Assembly (NCBI GenBank): GCA_965219085.1
Contig: OZ244720.1
Span: 960,001-1,024,000, forward strand
Length of the DNA: 64,000 bases
From: Dehalococcoidia bacterium
GTDB lineage: Bacteria > Chloroflexota > Dehalococcoidia > UBA2979
Direction of reading: 5' to 3'
A program made the translations under genes and the position numbers. The notes under the pieces were generated by a model. That model searched no databases. It was not told the origin of the DNA and saw only the letters and a list, made by a program, of their open reading frames with translations. Positions 57,289 through 64,000 of this stretch are shown here, in pieces. The stretch's first letter is position 1. Each line of letters opens with the position of its first letter.

Positions 57289-58193
57289 CCAGCCCGACCG
57301 AACCAACCGAACCCGACGCCTCCGACGAAACCACTGCCTCGCCGGCCGATCCCGGCGGCAGCCTCGCCACCCTCGGCGATACCCCCGCTGAGATGGTGAC
57401 TGAGGACCCCACTCCACGCACCCCGACACCCATCGTCGGCGTGCCGGAGGGCGTGCTCACGTTCGTCGTCACGCTCGCGTTCCTGATGTTCCTGCTGATC
57501 GAGCCGACGCCGACGTGGGCGGCGCTGTTCGGCGCCGCCGTCGCCGCGGTCGGGACGGACCGCGTGCTGCGACTCGCGCGCACCCGCTCGGTCGAGCTCG
57601 GCATCGACCCGACGCTGCAGGTCGCGCTGCCGGCCCTCTACGCGCTCGCAGCACCGGTGTTGCTCGAGGACATGGTGCGAGGTTGGTGGGCGCTGCCCGC
57701 GGGCCTCGCGGCAGGCAGCGGGTTCGGCGCGATCCTCTTGGCGCAGGTCCACTCCGTACGCCCCTACGAGCGCTGGCTGACGTTCGCCCGGCCCGTGACG
57801 AGTGCGGCGGTCTACGTCACGGCGTTCGCGCTGTTCTCGCTCACCTACGTCCTGGACCTCGCGCTCGCGCCGGCGCTGGCGGCCGTGGCGATCGCAGCCG
57901 GGTTGCTGGCGATCGAGTTGCTGCGAGACGGCCACGCCGACCCGCCCGACACGGTGGCGCTCGGCGGCGTCGTGGCGTTGGTCGTGACGCAGTTGCGCTG
58001 GGCGCTGCACTTCGTGCCGCTCGACGGCTACCTCGCCGCGCTGGCGCTGCTGCTCGCCTTCTTCCTCGCGAGCGGTCTGCTGCACGCGCATCTCACGCTA
58101 CAGCTTCGGCGCGCCATCCTGGCGCAGTACGTGGCGATCGCGGCCGTCGGGGGCGTGCTCATCATCGGCGCGCGCAGCGCCGGGCTCGGGTAG
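57285..58193 (+). CDS. Multi-pass hypothetical membrane protein
   Basis: GTG overlaps the upstream TGA; about 9 hydrophobic segments. Confidence 0.75.
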   Translation: MTSPTEPTEPDASDETTASPADPGGSLATLGDTPAEMVTEDPTPRTPTPIVGVPEGVLTFVVTLAFLMFLLIEPTPTWAALFGAAVAAVGTDRVLRLARTRSVELGIDPTLQVALPALYALAAPVLLEDMVRGWWALPAGLAAGSGFGAILLAQVHSVRPYERWLTFARPVTSAAVYVTAFALFSLTYVLDLALAPALAAVAIAAGLLAIELLRDGHADPPDTVALGGVVALVVTQLRWALHFVPLDGYLAALALLLAFFLASGLLHAHLTLQLRRAILAQYVAIAAVGGVLIIGARSAGLG

Positions 58194-58262
58194 GCGTGGT
58201 CGGGGCCTGGAGCCCCGTCGCCCGCCCGTGAGGCGCCTGCTACCATCGTCGGGACGCCGTGT

Positions 58263-58339
58263 CGGGGAGTGGCGTAGTTTGGTAGCGCGCCTGACTGGGG
58301 GTCAGGAGGTCGCCGGTTCAAATCCGGCCTCCCCGACCA
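58263..58339 (+). tRNA. tRNA-Pro (anticodon GGG)
   Basis: CGGGGAG/CTCCCCG acceptor; CCTGA-CTGGGGG-TCAGG anticodon arm; GCCGG-TTCAAAT-CCGGC; encoded CCA; TACCAT -10 at 58241. Confidence 0.97.
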
Positions 58340-58357
58340 ATCCGACGATGAGCGAAC

Positions 58358-58543
58358 ATGCACCGGATCGACGGCACGATGGCTGAAACCCGCGACAACA
58401 ACGTGAGTCGGGACGACGTACTTCGCGCCCTCGACGCGAGCTTCGGCGCGTGGGCCGATCGCGACTTCGACGGCGCGCGCTACGTCGAGGCGCTGCGAAG
58501 TGGCGCCGCCCGGCGTCTCACTCGCCCGCAGCCCGACGTCTGA
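58358..58543 (+). pseudogene. Probable remnant of a CopG/RHH VapB-type antitoxin (C-terminal half only)
   Basis: VLRALDASFGAWADRDFDGARYVEALRS resembles VapB C-termini; no RHH N-terminus and no toxin gene. Confidence 0.45.
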
Positions 58544-58558
58544 CTTCCATCCACCGAC

Positions 58559-58616
58559 ACGCAAGAGGGGCGGCCGATTGGCCGCCCCTCGGGTTCGTCA
58601 CGTCGTCGAAAGGCTG
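58559..58616 (-). terminator. Conserved 3'UTR/terminator, copy 1
   Basis: Minus strand GAGGGGCGGCC-aatc-GGCCGCCCCTC-TTGCGT. Confidence 0.75.
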
Positions 58617-60482
58617 CTAGCTGCGGCCCTCCACGTCCGGGTCGATCCAGGCGGAGTGCACCTGGTCGCCCCAGGTGTAGTAGGAGCCGTTGTCGCCGGG
58701 GGCCGTGCCGGTGAAGCGCACACCGCGCACCCACGGCTGGTATACCTCGATGCTGAAGCCTTGCGGCAGCGTCGGGCGGTAGGCCTGCTCGAGGTCGCGG
58801 TCCCAGATCTTGCGCCACAGCTCGGCTCGGGCGGTAGGGTCGAGCTCGACCTGCTGGGCCTCGGCCCAGCCGTCGATTTCCGCGTCGTTGGTCCGCCAGC
58901 GGTTGCCCGGTGACTGCGAGTGGACCTGGCCGTGGAACCAGTTGTCGGCGTCGTAGCCGCTGGTGCTCCACGCCGAGGTCGAAAAGTCCGGGAGCTCCGA
59001 GGAGACCCACTGCGAGTTGAACCCGGTGTAGTCCACCTTGCCGCCGGTCATGGTGATCCCGACGCGCGCGAGCAGCTCGCGCGCGATCTCGGTCATCTGC
59101 TCCAGGGCGCTAGTGTAGGCGTAGTAGCTGTTGGTGATCTCGAGGCCCTCGGCGCCGGCAGCCGCGAGCAGCTTCCTCGCCTCGTCGGGATTGTACTGCA
59201 GGTACGGCCCCACCTCGGGGGCGCCGACGGACTTTTCCTCGTCGAACAGGAACGGCCACGGAATGATGTTCTGCGCCTTGCCCAGCCCTTCGAAGACGAC
59301 GTCGACCATCTCCTGGCGGTCGATCGCCATCGAGAGGGCGCGGCGGATGCGCACATCCTGGTACTTCTCGAGCGTGTGGTTCATGCCCATGCTGATCGAG
59401 TTGTAGGTAATCGCGATGAGGTTGACCTGGACGTCCGGGTTCGTCTCCAGCAGCTCGTTGAGGTCACGCACCGTCGAGACCACGCCGTAGGCGTAGTCGA
59501 TGTCGCCGACGCGGAACTGCGCGAGGCGGGCGGGGTGGTCCGGCATGAGCAGGAACTCGAAGCCGTCCAGGAGTATCTGCTTCTCCCAGTAATCGTAGTG
59601 CTGCTCGAACTTGACGTTCTGACCCGGCTCCAGGTCGGTCAGGATCATCGGGCCCGTGCCAACCGCGGTGGTCTTGATGCTCCCGTCGTCGACGAGCTCA
59701 CGCGGGAAGATGGTCTGCTTGTTGCTGGCGAGCGGGTTCAGGAAGTCCGCCGTCGCCTGCGCCATGTTGATCTTCATCGTCAGGTCGTTGGGCGCCTCGA
59801 AGCCGGCGACGTTGGCGTAGTAGGACTGATGGACGCCCTCGGTCGCATAGCGGTTGAGCGCGTACGCGGCATCCTCGGCCGTGAACGGGCGGGCGTTCAG
59901 GTGCGGGAGGTTCTGCCAGTGCACGGCGTCCTGGATCTGGAACGTGAAGGTCAGGCCGTCCGGGGAGCGCTCCCACCAGGCGGCCAGCTCGGGCTCGATC
60001 TCCGGCTGGAACACGCCGGCGTCCGGACCGCGCTTGAAGCCGAGCAGGCGGTTGTAGACCATGTTCGGCACCGTCACGGTGCCGCCCGCGGCCGAGTCGA
60101 TCGGGTCCAGCGACTGGACGTTCCAGGTCGCCGCCACCCGCATGATGCCGCCTTGCTGCGGGCTCTTGTTCGGCTCCGGGAAGTTGTACGGGTAGGGCAG
60201 CGCCGGGTCCTGGACGAGTTCGCCGAGCGTCTCGACTTCCTCAGCCTCGGGATCCGGTTCGTCTTCGTGGGTGGGGTACTCTTGACCGTAGCGCTGGCGG
60301 GGAAGCGGCGACACGGTTGGCGTAGTGGTGGTGTCGGCGGTCGTGCCGTCGTCGTCGGTGCAGCCGATCAGCGCCGCGGTAGCCAGACCGATGCCTCCGA
60401 GGACTCCGCCTCGCAGCAGGGTCCGCCTGCCTATCGAGTGCGTCCACCATCCCTGCATGCGCTGTTCATCGTTTGCGTCCAT
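58617..60482 (-). CDS. Family-5 (peptide/nickel-type) ABC substrate-binding Tat lipoprotein
   Basis: GRRTLLRGG (Tat), LIGC lipobox, PELAA.WERSPDG, GTGPM, DVRIRRALSMAIDR. Confidence 0.92.
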   Translation of the reverse strand: MDANDEQRMQGWWTHSIGRRTLLRGGVLGGIGLATAALIGCTDDDGTTADTTTTPTVSPLPRQRYGQEYPTHEDEPDPEAEEVETLGELVQDPALPYPYNFPEPNKSPQQGGIMRVAATWNVQSLDPIDSAAGGTVTVPNMVYNRLLGFKRGPDAGVFQPEIEPELAAWWERSPDGLTFTFQIQDAVHWQNLPHLNARPFTAEDAAYALNRYATEGVHQSYYANVAGFEAPNDLTMKINMAQATADFLNPLASNKQTIFPRELVDDGSIKTTAVGTGPMILTDLEPGQNVKFEQHYDYWEKQILLDGFEFLLMPDHPARLAQFRVGDIDYAYGVVSTVRDLNELLETNPDVQVNLIAITYNSISMGMNHTLEKYQDVRIRRALSMAIDRQEMVDVVFEGLGKAQNIIPWPFLFDEEKSVGAPEVGPYLQYNPDEARKLLAAAGAEGLEITNSYYAYTSALEQMTEIARELLARVGITMTGGKVDYTGFNSQWVSSELPDFSTSAWSTSGYDADNWFHGQVHSQSPGNRWRTNDAEIDGWAEAQQVELDPTARAELWRKIWDRDLEQAYRPTLPQGFSIEVYQPWVRGVRFTGTAPGDNGSYYTWGDQVHSAWIDPDVEGRS

Positions 60483-60623
60483 GGCGGAACCTCCCTTGTT
60501 GGTGCTCTCGCGCTAGCCTGAGATTCGGGCAACCTACCGGAACCCGCGAGCCATTTCCACACAACGCGCGTTGTAGCCGGCGCTGCGAGGCAGATGGGAG
60601 CGCTCGCGGTCGGGATCCCGGAT

Positions 60624-60681
60624 ACGCAAGAGGGGCGGCCAGGTGGCCGCCCCTCGGGTTCGTCACGTCGTCGAAAGGCTG
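60624..60681 (-). terminator. Conserved 3'UTR/terminator, copy 2
   Basis: Identical to copy 1 except in the 4-nt loop. Confidence 0.75.
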
Positions 60682-62571
60682 CTAGCTGCGGCCCTCCACG
60701 TCCGGGTCCAGCCAGGCCGATTGCACCTGGTCGCCCCACGTGTAGTACGAGTTGTTGTCGCCCGGGGCCGTGCCGGTGAAGCGGACCCCGCGCATCCACG
60801 GCTGGTAGACCTCCAGCCAGAAGCCGGACGGGATAGTCGGCCGGTACGCCTGGTCGGCGTCCTGGTCCCAGATCTTCTGCCAGAGTTCCTTGCGGGCATC
60901 CGGGTCGAGCTCGATCTGCTGGGCCTCCGCCCACTCGTCGATCTGCGGGTCGTTGATACGCCAGCGGTTGCCCGGCGACTGCGAGTGGACCTGGCCGTGG
61001 AACCAGTTGTCGGCGTCGTAGCCGCTGGTGCTCCACGCCGAGGTCGAGACGTCCGGGAGCTTGGACGGGACCCACTGCGAGTTGAACTCGGTGTAGTCCA
61101 CCTTGCCGCCGCTCAGGGTGATACCGGCACGCGCGAGCTGCGCCTGGAGCACCTCCGTGTGCTGCTCGAAGCCCTTGGTGTAGGCGTAGTAGCTGTTGAC
61201 GATCTCGAGGCCCTCGGCCCCCGCCGCCTGTAGCAACTTCATCGCCTCGTCCGGGTCATAGCGGAGCCAGTTGCCGGCGAGTCCCGACTCGATCGTCGCC
61301 TCCTCGTCGAAGAGGAACGGCCACGGGATGGTGTTGAGCGCCTTGCCGAGGCCGTCGTAGACGATGTCGAGGATTTCCTGGCGGTCCATCGCCAGGGAGA
61401 GCGCACGACGCACGCGCACGTCCTGGTACTTCGGCAGGGTGAGGTTCATCCCCAGGCTGAGCCCGTTGTACGTAACCGGGATGAAATTGACCTGCACGTC
61501 GGGGTTCGTCTGCAACACCTCATTGAGGTCACGCACGCTCGACACCAGCGAGTACGCGTAGTCGATGTTCCCGACGCGGAACTGCGCCAGCCGGGCCACG
61601 TGGTCCGGCATGATGCGGAACTCGAACCCGTCCAGGAGTACTTCCTTCTCCCAGTAGTCCGGGTTCTTGCCGAAGAGCACGTTCTGGCCCAGCTCGAGCG
61701 ACTCGAGGATCATCGGGCCCGTACCGACCGCGTTGATCTCGATGCTGTTGTCGTCGACGAGTTCCTTCGGGAAGATCGTCTGCTTGTTGCTCCCCAGCGG
61801 GTTGAGGAAGTCCGCCGTCGCCTTTGCCATGTTGATCTTGAGCGTGGCGTCATCGACGGCTTCGAAGCCGGCGACGTTCGCGTAGTAGGACTTGTGCACG
61901 CCCTCGTTTGCGTAGCGGTGCAGGGCGAAGCGCGCGTCTTCAGCCGTGAACGCGCGGCCATTCAGCGGCGCGATGTTGTGCCACGCCACGCCCGGCTGGA
62001 TCGCGAACGTGAAGGTCAGACCGTCGGGGGAGCGCTCCCACGAAGCGGCGAGTTCCGGCTCGATCTCCGGCTGGAACACGTCCGCGCCGGGGCCGCGCTT
62101 GAAGCCGATCAGGCGGTTGTAGGTCATGTTCGGGATCGTGACCGTCCCGCCTGCCGCCGAGTCGATGGGGTCGATCGACTGGAAGTTCCAGGTCGCCGCG
62201 ACCTTCATGATGCCGCCGGGGACCGGGGCCTTGTTCGGCTCCGGGAAGTTGTACGGGTACGGCAGGTCCGGGTCCTGCACGAGCTTGCCGAGGGGCTCGA
62301 AGCCCCCGTCCGCCCCGCCGTCGCCATCGGATGTCGAGGAATCGGTGGACGTGCCACTCGTGCCCGACGTTGTTCCACTCGTGCTGGCGGTCGTGGTCGT
62401 GCCCGACGTGGTTGTCTGGGTCGTGGCGTCGTCGTCGTCATCGCCGCCGCAGCCGATCAGGGCCGCCGCCGCGAGTCCGGCGCCGCCGATCAGCCCTCCC
62501 CGCAAGAGGGTTCGCCTGCCTACCAACTGGGTCCGCCACGCATGCATGCGCTGTTCCTGGTCCAGGGCCAT
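60682..62571 (-). CDS. Family-5 ABC substrate-binding Tat lipoprotein (paralog 2)
   Basis: ATG 62571 after GGAGAGGAG; GRRTLLRGG, LIGC, Thr/Ser/Gly linker. Confidence 0.92.
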   Translation of the reverse strand: MALDQEQRMHAWRTQLVGRRTLLRGGLIGGAGLAAAALIGCGGDDDDDATTQTTTSGTTTTASTSGTTSGTSGTSTDSSTSDGDGGADGGFEPLGKLVQDPDLPYPYNFPEPNKAPVPGGIMKVAATWNFQSIDPIDSAAGGTVTIPNMTYNRLIGFKRGPGADVFQPEIEPELAASWERSPDGLTFTFAIQPGVAWHNIAPLNGRAFTAEDARFALHRYANEGVHKSYYANVAGFEAVDDATLKINMAKATADFLNPLGSNKQTIFPKELVDDNSIEINAVGTGPMILESLELGQNVLFGKNPDYWEKEVLLDGFEFRIMPDHVARLAQFRVGNIDYAYSLVSSVRDLNEVLQTNPDVQVNFIPVTYNGLSLGMNLTLPKYQDVRVRRALSLAMDRQEILDIVYDGLGKALNTIPWPFLFDEEATIESGLAGNWLRYDPDEAMKLLQAAGAEGLEIVNSYYAYTKGFEQHTEVLQAQLARAGITLSGGKVDYTEFNSQWVPSKLPDVSTSAWSTSGYDADNWFHGQVHSQSPGNRWRINDPQIDEWAEAQQIELDPDARKELWQKIWDQDADQAYRPTIPSGFWLEVYQPWMRGVRFTGTAPGDNNSYYTWGDQVQSAWLDPDVEGRS

Positions 62572-62751
62572 ACGAGATCTCCTCTCCAGGGTCACTGTTC
62601 GTCCGGCTCTCAGGTACCCGAAGGCTACCCGAACGCTGGTGGCATGACTAGCGCATTGAGCACGTCTACCGTGACGCGGGCTCCGCGGGCCGCCACGCTT
62701 CGCCCCCTCGCAAGGGGGCGGCCGAGCCCGCGCCGAAGCCACGCGCGAGAC

Positions 62752-62809
62752 ACGCAAGGGGGGCGGCCATTCGGCCGCCCCCCAGGTTCGTCACGCTGTC
62801 GAAGGCTGC
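62752..62809 (-). terminator. Conserved 3'UTR/terminator, copy 3
   Basis: GGGGGGCGGCC/GGCCGCCCCCC: compensatory A-U to G-C change relative to copies 1 and 2. Confidence 0.75.
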
Positions 62810-64000
62810 TTAGCTGCGGCCCTCCACGTCCGGGTCGATCCAGCCTCCGGCGATCTGGCCGCCCCACGTGTAGTACGAGTTGTTGTCGCCCGGCGAGGTG
62901 CCCGTGAAGCGGATACCGCGCATCCACGGCTGGTAGACCTCCAGGCTGAACCCCCACGGGAGCCCGGGCCGGTAGGCCTGATCCAGGTCCTTGTCCCAGA
63001 TCCTCTGCCACAGATCCTTGCGAGCTTCGGGGTCGAGCTCGAGCTGCTGGGCCTCGGCCCAGGCGTCGATCTCCGGGTCGTCCGTCCGCCAGCGGTTGCC
63101 CGGCGACTGCGAGTGGACCTGCCCGTGGAACCAGTTGTCCGGGTCGTAGCCGCTGGTGCTCCACGCGGAAGTCGAGATGTCGGGCAGCTTCTGCGGCACC
63201 CACTGCGAGTTGAACTCGGTGTAGTCGACCTTGCCGCCGGTCATGTTGATGCCGACTCGCTCGAACTGAGCCTGCACCACCTCGGTGGTCTGCTCGAGTC
63301 CCTTGGTGTAGGCGTAGTAGCTGTTGTTGACCTCGAGCCCCTCGGCGCCCGCGGCCCGCAGCAGCTTCATCGCCTCCTCGGGGTCGTAGCTGAGCCAGTT
63401 GCCGAGCAGCCCCGATTCGATCGTGGCTTCCTCCTCGTACATGAACGTCCACGGGATGACATTGAGCGCCTTGCCAATGCCGTCGAAGACGATGTCGAGG
63501 ATCTCCTGGCGATCGATCGCCAGCGAGATGGCGCGGCGCACGCGTACGTCCTGGTACTTCGCCAGGGTGTGGTTCATGCCCACGGTGACCCCGTTGGACG
63601 TGATCGGGATGAGGTTGACCTGGATGTCGGGGTTCGTGTCCAGGACCTCGTTGAGGTCCCGCACCGACGAGACCAGCCCGTACGCGTAGTCGATGTTGCC
63701 CACGCGGAACTGCGCAAGCCTGGCCACGTGGTCCGGCATGACCAGGAACTCGAACCCGTCGAGCAGCACCTCGCTCTGCCAGTAGTCCGGGTTCTTGTCG
63801 AAGGTCACGCTCGCGGACGGGTCGGCCCCGGTCAGGATCATCGGCCCGGTGCCGACCGCCTCCGTCCCGATCGTCCCGTTGTCCACGAGTTCGCGCGGGA
63901 ACACTGTCTGCTTGTTGCTCGCGAGCGGGTTGAGGAAGTCCGCGGTCGCCTTCGCCATGTGGATCTTCAACGTGGCGTCATCGACCGCCTCGAAGGTGCC
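62810..64000 (-). CDS. Family-5 ABC substrate-binding protein (paralog 3, 5' end outside the window)
   Basis: Highly similar to paralogs 1 and 2; ends DPDVEGRS. Confidence 0.9.
   Translation of the reverse strand, partial: GTFEAVDDATLKIHMAKATADFLNPLASNKQTVFPRELVDNGTIGTEAVGTGPMILTGADPSASVTFDKNPDYWQSEVLLDGFEFLVMPDHVARLAQFRVGNIDYAYGLVSSVRDLNEVLDTNPDIQVNLIPITSNGVTVGMNHTLAKYQDVRVRRAISLAIDRQEILDIVFDGIGKALNVIPWTFMYEEEATIESGLLGNWLSYDPEEAMKLLRAAGAEGLEVNNSYYAYTKGLEQTTEVVQAQFERVGINMTGGKVDYTEFNSQWVPQKLPDISTSAWSTSGYDPDNWFHGQVHSQSPGNRWRTDDPEIDAWAEAQQLELDPEARKDLWQRIWDKDLDQAYRPGLPWGFSLEVYQPWMRGIRFTGTSPGDNNSYYTWGGQIAGGWIDPDVEGRS

Overview
This is a very GC-rich bacterial chromosomal window. Gene content suggests Chloroflexota (Dehalococcoidia/SAR202-like), possibly host- or sponge-associated; this is an inference from the F420 genes, tandem Tat-lipoprotein family-5 binding proteins and a repeated EVRVAA-x2-LADGR-x-EFALQ export module. 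Core content: fatty-acyl-CoA catabolism genes (FadF-like, FadD-like, two enoyl-CoA hydratases, SDRs); ilvE; a large ilvBNC-leuA-leuCD-leuB-cimA branched-chain amino-acid cluster with inserted accessory genes; an OmpR/histidine kinase pair; cobT-cobS-cobU; three trypsin-fold genes and sppA; an NMT1/THI5-type ABC importer divergent from npdG-cofE; holA; two toxin-antitoxin pairs; a split NDP-forming acyl-CoA ligase; pth-mfd; tRNA-Pro(GGG); and three or more paralogous Tat solute-binding proteins. Most notable signals missed by the ORF track: (i) a c-di-AMP (ydaO-type) riboswitch upstream of an unknown 72-aa zinc-ribbon protein; (ii) an ~800-bp islet with an unidentified 104-nt four-way-junction RNA, a small membrane protein and a convergent degenerate tRNA-Val-like RNA; (iii) leaderless leader peptides upstream of ilvB (Leu/Val) and cimA (Ile-Ile); (iv) intact-looking pseudoenzymes (a Rieske protein without cluster ligands, a trypsin without its triad, two degenerate SDRs) and a paralogous pair of small unknown proteins; (v) a possible riboflavin/FO importer linked to F420 genes via a 3x47-bp hairpin repeat. 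All calls come from reading the sequence; no database searches were run.
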